The notes under the pieces were generated by a model. That model searched no databases and was not told the origin of the DNA. It worked only from the letters and a program-made list of their open reading frames with translations. DNA of 63,723 nt, the filler included, from Chrysochromulina tobinii (lineage: Eukaryota), in the NCBI GenBank assembly GCA_001275005.1. It is 8 parts of 8 records of this genome, joined end to end, with 100 filler letters (N's around TTAATTAATTAA, not from the genome) between each part and the next. Parts side by side here need not be neighbours in the genome. Positions count along the whole stretch, not along the records: positions 53,732 to 58,897 come from JWZX01000180.1; positions 58,998 to 61,452 come from JWZX01000187.1; positions 61,553 to 63,723 come from JWZX01000203.1; 5 more parts are not named here. The stretch is one strand, 5' to 3'. Below, piece after piece: positions 54,831-63,723 of the stretch (positions are counted from its first letter, which is position 1; every line of letters begins with the position of its first letter). Made by a program: the position numbers and the translations under genes.

Positions 54831-54968
54831 GTGGCGGCAAACACAAGAGCGCTCTACTGGGCGCGGATCGAAGTTGATGGCGAATTTGTCTTCGTCACAT
54901 GTAGTTCGCCTTCCTATTTGAGGTAGAGAAGTTTGTGTACCTTTTTCGGCACGAATCATCGTAAGAAG

Positions 54969-57900
54969 ATGTCGAGTGGGCTCGTGGAGTGGTTAAACCT
55001 CGTCGCTGCGGACCAGGGCGATGCCGCGGAGCATTGCGCACTTGGATACATGCACCGTGACGGACGTGGTGTGGCCCAAGATGATAAGCAGGCTGCGGCG
55101 CTGTTCAAGCTCGCTGCGGAACAGGGCGATGCCGCGGCGCAGTGCGCACTTGGAGCCATGCACCTTGAGGGACGCGGTGTGGCCCAAGATGATAAGCGGG
55201 CGGCAGAGCTGTTCAAGCTCGCTGCGGACCAGGGCGATGCCATGGCGCAGTGCGCACTTGGACGCATGCACCATTACGGACGCGGTGTGGCCCAAGATGA
55301 TAAGCGGGCTGCCGTGCTGTACAAGCTCGCTGCGGACCAGGGCGATGCTCCGGCGCAGGGCGCGCTTGGAGCCATGCACCTTGAGGGACGCGGTGTGGCC
55401 CAAGATGATAAGCGGGCTGCAGAGCTGTTGAAGCTCGCTGCAGACCAGGGCGATGCCGCAGCGCAGTGCTCACTTGGAGTCCTGCACCGTGAGGGACGCG
55501 GTGTGGCCCAAGATGATAAGCGGGCTGCAGAGCTGTACAAGCTCGCTGCGGATCAGGGCCATGCCGCGGCGCAGTGCTCACTTGGAGCCATGTACCGTGC
55601 CGGACGCGGTGTGGCCCAAGATGATAAGCGGGCGGCAGAGCTGTTCAAGCTAGCTGCGGACCAGGGCTATGCCGTGGCGCAGTACTCACTTGGACGCATG
55701 CACCTTGAGGGACGCGGTGTGGCCCAAGACGATAAGCGGGCCGCTGAGCTGTACAAGCTCGCTTCGGACCAGGGCGTTGCCGCAGCGCAGTGCTCACTTG
55801 GAGACATGCACCTTGAGGGACGCGGTGTGGCCCAAGATGATAAGCGGGCGGCAGAGCTGTTCAAGCTCGCTGCGGACCAGGGCCATGCCGCGGCGCAGTG
55901 CGGACTTGGAGCCATGCACCGTGAGGGACTCGGTGTGGCCCAAGACGATAAGCGGGCGGCAGAGCTGTACAAGCTCGCTGCGGACCAGGGCGTTGCCGCA
56001 GCGCAGTGCTCACTTGGAGACATGCACCGTGAGGGACGCGGTGTGGCCCAAGATGATAAGCGGGCGGCAGAGCTGTTCAAGCTTGCTGCGGACCAGGGCT
56101 ATGCCGTGGCGCAGTGCTCACTTGGAGACATGCACCGTGAGGGACGCGGTGTGGCCCAAGATGATAAGCGGGCCGCGGCGCTGTTCAAGCTCGCTGCGGA
56201 CCAGGGCGATGCTCCGGCGCAGTGCTTACTTGGACACATGCACCATGACGGACGCGGTGTGGCCCAAGATGATAAGCGGGCCACAGAGCTGTTCAAGCTC
56301 GCTGCGGACCAGGGCCATGCCGCGGCGCAGTGCGGACTTGGAGCCATGCACCATGACGGACGCGGTGTGGCCCAAGATGATAAGCGGGCGGCAGAGCTGT
56401 TCAAGCTTGCTGCGGACCAGGGCTATGCCGTGGCGCAGTGCTCACTTGGACACATGCACCATGACGGACGCGGTGTGGCCCAAGATGATAAGCGGGCTGC
56501 GGCGCTTTACAAGCTTGCTGCGGACCAGGGCGATGCCGCGGCTCAGTGCTCACTTGGAGACATGCACCTTGAGGGACGCGGTGTGGCCCAAGATGACAAG
56601 CGGGCGGCCGTGTTGTACAAGCTCGCTGCGGACCAAGGCGATGCCGCGGCGCAGTGCTCACTTGGACACATGCACCATGACGGACGCGGTGTGGCCCAAG
56701 ATGATAAGCGGGCTGCGGCGCTTTACAAGCTCGCTGCGGACCAGGGCCAAGCCGCGGCGCAGTGCTTACTTGGACACATGCACCGTGAGGGACGCGGTGT
56801 GGCCCAAGATGATAAGCGGGCGGCTGTGCTGTACAAGCTCGCTGCGGACCAGGGCGATGCCGCGGCGCAGTGCTCACTTGGACACATGCACCGTGAGGGA
56901 CGCGGTGTGGCCCAAGATGATAAGCGGGCCGCAGAGCTTTACAAGCTCGCTGCGGACCAGGGCGATGCCTTGGCGCAGTGCTCACTTGGACACATGCACC
57001 GTGAGGGACGCGGTGTGGCCCAAGATGATAAGCAGGCTGCAGAGCTGTACAAGCTTGCTGCGGACCAGGGCGATGCCGCGGCGCAGTGCTCACTTGGAGA
57101 CATGCACCTTGAGGGACGCAGTGTGGCCCAAGATGATAAGCGGGCGGCAGAGCTGTTCAAGCTTGCTGCCGACCAGGGCGATGCCGTGGCGCAGCGCCAG
57201 CTTGGACTCACTACGACCCAGCACATCTCCTCATCATGCGCGGCAGCAGCGCCCAGTGCAGGTGTCCTGTCCGTCGTGGCTTGCGGCGCTCGAGGCGGCC
57301 TCTCGCGCGAGGACGAGCAGGCACGCGCCGACGCGATGATGGCACTCCTGATCGCTGAAGAGGAAGCGAGAGCCGAAGCGGTGGCCGTAAAGGCGTCCAA
57401 GAAGGCGAAGAAGAAGGCGAAGAAGGGTAGAGCGGCGACCACAGCCGCAGGCGAGGCGGGCACCGGCTTGTCGGCGTCGCAAATAGAGCCGACGGAAGCG
57501 GAGTTGGTGGCAGAAGAGAAGATCGAGGAGCCTGCGGCAGAGGAAGTGGCGATGGCGGCAACAGCACCAGCATCGGAGGCCGTTGAGGCTGAGGAGGTCG
57601 TGGAGGCGACAGCTGCGGCAGAGGCGGCCGTAGCGGAGGCAGCAGACGCGGAGATGGCGGCGGCTGCGGCTGCTGAGCAGGCGGCAAAGGAGGCCGAGAA
57701 GGCGTCGGCACGGGCAGCAGCGCACGAGGCCGCCATGGCGGAGGCCGCGCGGGCAGCCAGGACGCAGGCGGAGAGGGCGGAGGCGGAGAGGGCGGAGGCG
57801 GAGAGGGCGGCGGCGGAAAGGGCGGAGGCGGAGAGGGCGGCGGCCCTGGCCGTGGCAGAGAGCGCTGGCCGCGGCGGGCGAGGGGGGCGAGGGGGGCGTG

Positions 57901-58235
57901 GAGGGCTTGGAGGGCGTGGTCCGACTACCGTGCATTCATTGCCCCCTGCCCCTGCGCCACCATCGGCCCCAGCACCGGCTGAAGGCTTGATGGCAGCGCT
58001 TAGGCCTCTGACGCTCGCCGACGTGGGTAACTTCACCGGCCGTGTGCACGACGAGGCGCCCGAGTCGACCATCGGTGGCCAGACCACGTGCATCGTGTGC
58101 ATGGTGGGGCCCAAGTCGCACCTTGCGGTGCCGTGCGGCCATCAGCTCGCGTGCGAGCGCTGCACGGCCAACATGAAGCTTTGCCCGTACTGTCGCACGC
58201 CCGTCCAGCTTTGGGTGATGCAACGGTTGGTGTAG
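54969..58235 (+). CDS. Sel1-repeat (20 x 36 aa) protein with coiled/Ala-Glu linker, RGG box and C-terminal C3HC4 RING finger
   Basis: 20 copies of LAADQGxAxAQCxLGxMHxxGRGVAQDDKRAAxLxK, then CIVCMVGPKSHLAVPCGHQLACERCTANMKLCPYCR. Intronless. Confidence 0.9.
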   Translation: MSSGLVEWLNLVAADQGDAAEHCALGYMHRDGRGVAQDDKQAAALFKLAAEQGDAAAQCALGAMHLEGRGVAQDDKRAAELFKLAADQGDAMAQCALGRMHHYGRGVAQDDKRAAVLYKLAADQGDAPAQGALGAMHLEGRGVAQDDKRAAELLKLAADQGDAAAQCSLGVLHREGRGVAQDDKRAAELYKLAADQGHAAAQCSLGAMYRAGRGVAQDDKRAAELFKLAADQGYAVAQYSLGRMHLEGRGVAQDDKRAAELYKLASDQGVAAAQCSLGDMHLEGRGVAQDDKRAAELFKLAADQGHAAAQCGLGAMHREGLGVAQDDKRAAELYKLAADQGVAAAQCSLGDMHREGRGVAQDDKRAAELFKLAADQGYAVAQCSLGDMHREGRGVAQDDKRAAALFKLAADQGDAPAQCLLGHMHHDGRGVAQDDKRATELFKLAADQGHAAAQCGLGAMHHDGRGVAQDDKRAAELFKLAADQGYAVAQCSLGHMHHDGRGVAQDDKRAAALYKLAADQGDAAAQCSLGDMHLEGRGVAQDDKRAAVLYKLAADQGDAAAQCSLGHMHHDGRGVAQDDKRAAALYKLAADQGQAAAQCLLGHMHREGRGVAQDDKRAAVLYKLAADQGDAAAQCSLGHMHREGRGVAQDDKRAAELYKLAADQGDALAQCSLGHMHREGRGVAQDDKQAAELYKLAADQGDAAAQCSLGDMHLEGRSVAQDDKRAAELFKLAADQGDAVAQRQLGLTTTQHISSSCAAAAPSAGVLSVVACGARGGLSREDEQARADAMMALLIAEEEARAEAVAVKASKKAKKKAKKGRAATTAAGEAGTGLSASQIEPTEAELVAEEKIEEPAAEEVAMAATAPASEAVEAEEVVEATAAAEAAVAEAADAEMAAAAAAEQAAKEAEKASARAAAHEAAMAEAARAARTQAERAEAERAEAERAAAERAEAERAAALAVAESAGRGGRGGRGGRGGLGGRGPTTVHSLPPAPAPPSAPAPAEGLMAALRPLTLADVGNFTGRVHDEAPESTIGGQTTCIVCMVGPKSHLAVPCGHQLACERCTANMKLCPYCRTPVQLWVMQRLV
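55002..57207 (+). repeat. 108-bp coding tandem array, ~20 units
   Basis: Near-invariant ggacgcggtgtggcccaagatgataagcggg core every 108 bp. Confidence 0.95.
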
Positions 58236-58461
58236 GTGATCTTGTACGACGTCATGTACGACGTGTATCGTCGAGATTTACAATGGATCCTCGAAACGAA
58301 ATGCTTTGTACACATCTGACAACGCAAAACGAAAAAGCGACCCATACAGCATACTCGTGGTCAATGCGCGCATGTACACCTGTTCGCTTCGGTACATGCG
58401 CAAAAGCTTGATATTCATACACAAGAAGCTGCACATTTCGTTTTATCACTCCGCTCCTCGC

Positions 58462-58897
58462 TCAGTAGACGCCTTGAAGCCTCCTGCCGCCGGCTCCGCC
58501 GACGCCCCACGGGGCGAAGCGCCCCCCCGTTTTGGGCATGAGGAGCCACTCACGCGCCTGCTGGTCCGAGCGGCCGTCGCGCCACAGATCGGAGTTCTCC
58601 TGCACGTGGCGCTCTCCCACGTGCTGGTAGGTCTTGCAGGAGTGGTCGCCGCAGAAGTAGGCGCCGTCGTTGAGCTCGCACGTGCCGAATTGGTAGTAGT
58701 CGACCTCGATGGAGAAGAGTGAGGCCGATTGGAAGTGGGCGCTCTCGGCGTGGTAGCACTTCCAAAAATGGTAACCGTACAGAGGCGGCGGTGGGTGCGG
58801 TGGCGGTGGCGGCGCGTCCGGGGGGTGGGCCGGGGGGGAGTGGAGGGGGGCGGAGGGCCGGGGCGGGGGCGAGGGGGGAGGGGGCGACGGTGGTGGC
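58462..58897 (-). CDS. 3' fragment of a Pro-rich, Cys-containing probable extracellular protein
   Basis: A frame not in the ORF track reads ..PPPLYGYHFWKCYHAESAHFQSASLFSIEVDYYQFGTCELNDGAYFCGDHSCKTY..GGRRLQGVY* with TGA at 58464-58462. Confidence 0.5.
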
Positions 58898-58997
58898 NNN
58901 NNNNNNNNNNNNNNNNNNNNNNNNNNNNNNNNNNNNNNNNNTTAATTAATTAANNNNNNNNNNNNNNNNNNNNNNNNNNNNNNNNNNNNNNNNNNNN
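58898..58997. other. Artificial contig linker
   Basis: N44-TTAATTAATTAA-N44. Confidence 0.99.
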
Positions 58998-61452
58998 GCT
59001 CGCGCGTGCAGCTGGGCGGCGCGCGTGCGGCGTCGGGTCCCCATGCCGGGCGCGTGGCTCCTCTCTCTTGTCGGCGTGACGCTTGGCGTGTGGGTTGGAT
59101 GCTGTGCACGCCGCAGACAATAACATCGGCGACGACGGCGCGAGAGCTCTGGCGGCGTCGCTCGAGAAGAACACGACGCTCGAGACGCTCGACCTCGCAT
59201 GTGCGCGGCTCTGTGCTCGCGGTGGCTGGGTCGAAGGGGATGTGGCGCGTTCCCACGGCCGTTTACCGCGCGCGGGCGCACGATGCAGAGCGAGCTCGCG
59301 CGTGCAGTTGGGCGGCGCGCGTGCGGCGTCGGGTCCCCTTGCCGGTCGCGTGGCTCCTCTCTCTTGTCGGCGTGACGCTTGCCGTTTGGGTTGGGTGCTG
59401 TGCACGCCGCAGCCAATCAGATCGGCGACGACGTGTTTGAAGCGCTGGAAGCCTCGCTCATTCCGTCGTTCGACAAGCAGCAGGCCAAGGCGGCGGCTGG
59501 CGACAGGTTTGATGAAGCTGCCTTTGACGCCGCCGTGGTCGATGGCAGGGTCCCGCGTGCGGTGCTCATGGAAATCTCGTCATGGCTACAGGCACTCCGA
59601 GATGGGGCCACAGAGCTCGACCTCACAGGTCCGACACTGCTGGGTGGCTGGGTCGGCGCGGGGACGTGGAACCATGCTGTTATGCGCGCGCTCGGCGGCG
59701 CGTCGGGACCTATTGCCACGGTCGCGCGGTCATTTTTAGTTGTGACGCTGCAGTTTGAGTTTTGACGATTCTCGTTTGGGTTGGGTGCTGCACGCCGCAG
59801 GAAAGAAGATCGGCGATGTCGGCGCGAGAGCTCTGGCGACCTTGCTCGAGAGGAACACGACGCTCAAGAAGCTCAATTTGCAAAGTGCGCGGCTCTGTGC
59901 TCGGTGGCGGAGGTTTGGGTGGCGATCGCGTTTCCTTGTGTTGGGCCGTGCACCTCAAGGCGTCGGGTCCCCTTGCCGGGCGCGTGGCTCCTCTTCTAGT
60001 CGGCGTGACGCTTGCCGTGTGGGTTGGGTTCTGTGCACGCCGCAGGCAATAAGATCGGCGACGACGGCGCGAGAGCTCTGGCAACTTCGCTCGAGAAGAA
60101 CACGACGCTCGAGAAGCTCAACCTCTCAAGTGCGCGGCTCTGTGCTCGCGGTGGCTGGGAAAGGGGGGATGTGTGACGCGTTCCCACGGGCGGCGGCCGC
60201 GCGCGGGCGCACGATGCAGAGCGAGCTCGCGCGTGCAGCTGGGCGGCGCGCGTGCGGCGTCGGGTCCCCATGCCGGGCGCGTGGCTCCTCCTCTTGTCGG
60301 GGTGACGCTTGCCGTGTGGGTTGGGTGCTGTGCGCGCCGCAGGCAATAAGATCGGCGACGACGGCGCGAGAGCTCTGGCGGCCTCGCTCGAGAAGAACAC
60401 GACGCTCGAGACGCTCGGCCTCGCATGTGCGCGGCTCTGTGCTCGCGGTGGCTGGGGAGGGGGGATGTGGCGCTGTCCCACGGCCGGCGGCCGCGAACGG
60501 GCGCACGATGCAGAGCGAGCTCGCGCGTGCAGTTGGGCGGCGCGCGTGCGGCGTCGGGTCCCCATGCCGGGCGCGTGGCTCCTCCTCTTGTCGACGTGAC
60601 GCTTGCCGTTTGGGTTGGGTGCTGTGCACGCCGCAGTGAATGGCATCGGCGCCGACGGCGCGAGAGCTCTGGCGGCGTCGCTCGAGAAGAACACGACGCT
60701 CGAGACGCTCCACCTCGGAAGTGCGCGGCTCTGTGCTCGCGGTGGCTGGGGAAGGGGGGATGTGTGACGCGGTCCCACGGCCGGCGGCCGCGCGCGGCAA
60801 GCACGATGCAGAGCGAGCTCGCGCGTGCAGCTGGGCGGCGCGCGTGCGGCGTCGGGTCCCCATGCCGGGCGCGTGGCTCCTCCTCTTGTCGGCGTGACGC
60901 TTGCCGTGTGGGTTGCGTGCTGTGCACGCCGCAGGCAATCTTATCGGCGCCGACGGCGCGAGAGCTCTGGCAACTTCGCTCGAGAAGAACACGACGCTCG
61001 AGACGCTCGACCTCGCATGTGCGCGGCTCTGTGCTCGCGGTGGCTGGGAGAGGGGGGATGTGTGGCGCGGTCCCACGGCCGTCGGCCGCGCGCGGCAAGC
61101 ACGATGCAGAGCGAGCTCGCGCGTGCAGCTGGGCGGCGCGCGTGCGGCGTCGGGTCCCCTTGCCGGGCGCGTGGCTCCTCTCTCTTGTCGGCGTGACGTT
61201 TGCCGTGTGGGTTGGGTGCTGTGCACGCCGCAGGGAATGGCATCGGCGACGACGGCGCGAGAGCTCTGGCGACCTCGCTCGAGAAGAACACGACGCTCAA
61301 GACGCTCAACGTCGGAAGTGCGCGGCTCTGTGCTCGCGGTGGCTGGGAAAGGGGGGATGTGTGGCGCGGTCCCACGGCCGGCGGCCGCGCGCGGGCGCAC
61401 GATGCAGAGCGAGCTCGCGCGTGCAGCTGGGCGGCGCGCGTGCGGCGTCGGG
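58998..61452 (+). repeat. ~295-bp exon+intron tandem repeat array
   Basis: Introns of ~210-215 bp are near-identical to each other; one is shortened and one is unrelated. Confidence 0.92.
59117..61317 (+). CDS. Internal fragment of an NLRC3/RI-type LRR gene, one 28-aa LRR per exon; exons 59117-59200, 59413-59628, 59801-59884, 60046-60129, 60343-60426, 60637-60720, 60935-61018, 61234-61317
   Basis: Every exon follows a cgccgcag acceptor. The seven 84-nt exons end at a gtgcgcgg donor and encode xNxIGDDGARALAxSLEKNTTLxxLxL. All introns are phase 1 and the spliced frame is open. Confidence 0.9.
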
Positions 61453-61552
61453 NNNNNNNNNNNNNNNNNNNNNNNNNNNNNNNNNNNNNNNNNNNNTTAA
61501 TTAATTAANNNNNNNNNNNNNNNNNNNNNNNNNNNNNNNNNNNNNNNNNNNN
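61453..61552. other. Artificial contig linker
   Basis: N44-TTAATTAATTAA-N44. Confidence 0.99.
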
Positions 61553-61945
61553 CAGTGGCCGGTGGCCGGATCGCACAGCCCGTGACCCCAGCACTTGTGC
61601 CAACATAGGCTGTCCAAAGAGAGTTGCGGCTGCTCCCGCAAGGCGACGGCGAGGGTAGCTTCGAAGATAAGGCTCAGCATCGAAACCCTATCATTCACAC
61701 TTGCTGTCGAACGAATGATTGTGGCTCGCGCGAGCGATCCATCGAACCCAACTGACCTGCCCGCATCCTTGACAAGGATGTTCACTAATTTGACAAAATT
61801 CACACCTCGAACTTCGCGGCACCCCAAATGCCGCGAGTTTGGGCGGACGACCGCGTGCGCCAACACGGCCCCGCCTCGCTGCTCACACCAAGCGACTCAT
61901 CAAGCCGCCGCGGCTTCGAAAGGGTTTGGTGACAACCGCATTGCC

Positions 61946-63723
61946 ATGGCACCGAAGAAAGACACGGGCAAGAAGGACATGGGCAAACTGCCAGCATCAG
62001 GTAGTGACTCGCATCGCGGCGGGACCCCGAGCCATCGCGGCAGCGCCCCAAGCCATCGCGGCAACAGTCCGAGCAAGAAGGAAAAATCCAGCCGCGGCAA
62101 AGTCAAGAAAAAGGAGAAGTCTGCGTTGAACGCTGTCTCAGAGGGAGCCTTGGAAGACGACGGGGACGACACCAACCTCGACGACATCGATGACGACGAG
62201 CACGCTGTGCGGCCAGCCGTGACTAAAACCGTGGCCATGGGCGCACGGTCCGAGCTGAGTTCTCCGGACGCCTGTACACCGCTGCCGCCAAAGCTGCATC
62301 GGGCGCTCACAGAGCTCGACGAGATCGTCATACGAGTCCTCTTGTGTGGAGCGATTCGGTTGCTATGCGTGGAGTGGCTCCTGATGCAGCCGGACAACTT
62401 CAAGATGCCCAATCGGCAGGCGCTCGAGGCATTGGAAAAGAGCGGGGCCTCGCCATCGCCGCTGCTGAGCCGTGAAGCGGCCGCAGCGCTCGTTCGTCGT
62501 GGAGATCGGAGCATCGGCGCGCTTACCTATGGCTGGCTCAGTCCAGGCGATCCAGATCCGGCCGGCTCGCGCATCCGCGTGCTTCGACGCGCTCTGATGA
62601 GGCTGGCAATCAAAGCCTTGTTCTGGGATTTTGGATCATTGTATCAGGCCCCCAGGACACCGGAGCAGAAGGATTTCTTTGAGATCGCACTCAAGGGGGG
62701 GGCGATGAATCAGCTGTATGCGTCAATCCTTGCAACGACCGTGCTCCAGATTGAGGAGATCCCGCCCCGGCCAGATGAGTTTGATGGGGTTGTCTGCTTG
62801 TTCGAGCTGAGCTCAAACGCAGACGAGAGCGTGGTACGCGCGGCGCTCATCAGGTTCGGAACCATCGAGAGCTGCGACCTCAGCCGCAGCCCCGCCATCG
62901 TGCGCTTTGCTTTGCACGAGTCGGCTGTCGCGGCCAAGGACGCGGGTGCACCGCCTGGCCTCTGCGTGGGTCTCGACACGCTTTACAACGAGACGCCGTA
63001 CTTTAAACGTGGATGGTGAGCGCTGCCCACAGCATCCTATTATTTGCACCGATGTGATGGGATCCCCTCTCCTCATCCCTTGCACGCGACTGTGCCCCAC
63101 ACTGTCCCACACACGCAGGTGCTGCTGCGAGGACTCGTTGAGTCGGGAGCTGATCAAGAGGTTGACGGCCTACCCCGCGCTACGGGTGCACCTCGATAAG
63201 CTGCAGCCCAAGGTCTTCGCGCTGAGCAGCAAAGCAGACGCGACACGCGTTGAGGTAAAGGCGATCGAGCTGGATCCCGCTGCCGACATTGAGCGGATCA
63301 ACCAGTCCAAGTTCACGAGCAAGGGCGACAAGCCCAAGGTCATCAGCCTATACAAGGAGTACGTGCACAGCACCGTCGGCGCGCTGGAGAAGACGCTTGG
63401 GTCGCTTCAGCTGGACTCGACTGAGGGTACGCGGGTGGCGCTGCCGCCGATGCCCGTCGACACCGGATTCGCGTCGATGCGCGCGTGGCACCTCGACTGT
63501 CTGCGCGCGCAGCACGCGTCCATCCCCGACGCCCTCTCCGGCCAGCAGCTCAGCACGCTCACGGAGTGCGTGCCCATCGGCGTGGAGGGGCACGATGCCG
63601 ACGGCGGCAAGCCGCTCGCCGTGCGCGACGCACGTTCGCTGTGTGCGTGGCTGCACGACCTCCGCTCCAGCGCACGCACGTGCGCGCTGCTCACCGCCGG
63701 CCCGGCGGCGGGCAAGACGTGGC
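61946..63723 (+). CDS. HET-like domain with inserted RRM, followed by the start of a P-loop NTPase (NACHT-like), 3'-partial; exons 61946-63015, 63119->63723
   Basis: ALTYGWLSPGDPDP, LFWDFGSLYQ, MNQLYAS..TTVL, spliced YFKRGW/CCCE, FTSKGDKPKVISLY. RRM-like VCLFELSSNADESVVRAALIRFGTIESC..AIVRF..HESAVAA. The window ends in CALLTAGPAAGKTW (Walker A). Confidence 0.75.

Noticed and set aside
55002..57207. Regular repeat with variable intervals resembling a CRISPR array
   Set aside because: Unit is 108 bp, in frame and encodes Sel1 repeats. The variable parts are homologous to each other, not unique spacers, and there are no cas genes.
58998..61452. Many overlapping Arg/Ala-rich ORFs on both strands
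   Set aside because: They are read-throughs of repeated GC-rich introns. The spliced 84-nt exon model explains the region.

Overview
GC-rich eukaryotic nuclear DNA with spliceosomal GT-AG introns, most consistent with a haptophyte (Chrysochromulina/Prymnesium-like). That assignment is inferred from GC content, intron style, (TCAAG)n and (CCCTAA)n tracts and gene content. The window is eight contigs joined by artificial 100-bp N44-TTAATTAATTAA-N44 linkers, so adjacency across linkers is not biological evidence. Recognisable genes: DUS3, COP9 subunit 7, phosphoglucomutase, WRAP73/WDR8, PRA1, TspO, a NAP-family protein, a C2HC zinc-finger protein, a PI-PLC-like protein, a C2-domain/CNBD cation channel, a giant IPT/PA14/WSC surface protein, several glycan-modifying enzymes (GT47, GT31+GT11-like, GT49+sulfotransferase, KpsS-like, O-FucT-like, TylF-like), and a CACTA/CMC transposon with its right TIR. 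The most interesting signals are: (1) a candidate diversifying immune repertoire, made up of an LRR gene built from 84-nt one-repeat exons in near-identical phase-1 introns, a HET-like + RRM + P-loop (NACHT-like) gene, and a 20x Sel1 array with hypervariable positions fused to a RING finger; (2) several introns flanked by 16-37 nt duplications of their own exon junction, with shared internal motifs or telomere-like filler, suggesting ongoing intron gain; (3) unusual fusions or retargeting, namely a NAP protein with a mitochondrial-type presequence, a docking domain fused to PGM, a Dpy30-OmpA-C2 protein, and a channel lacking the GYG filter.
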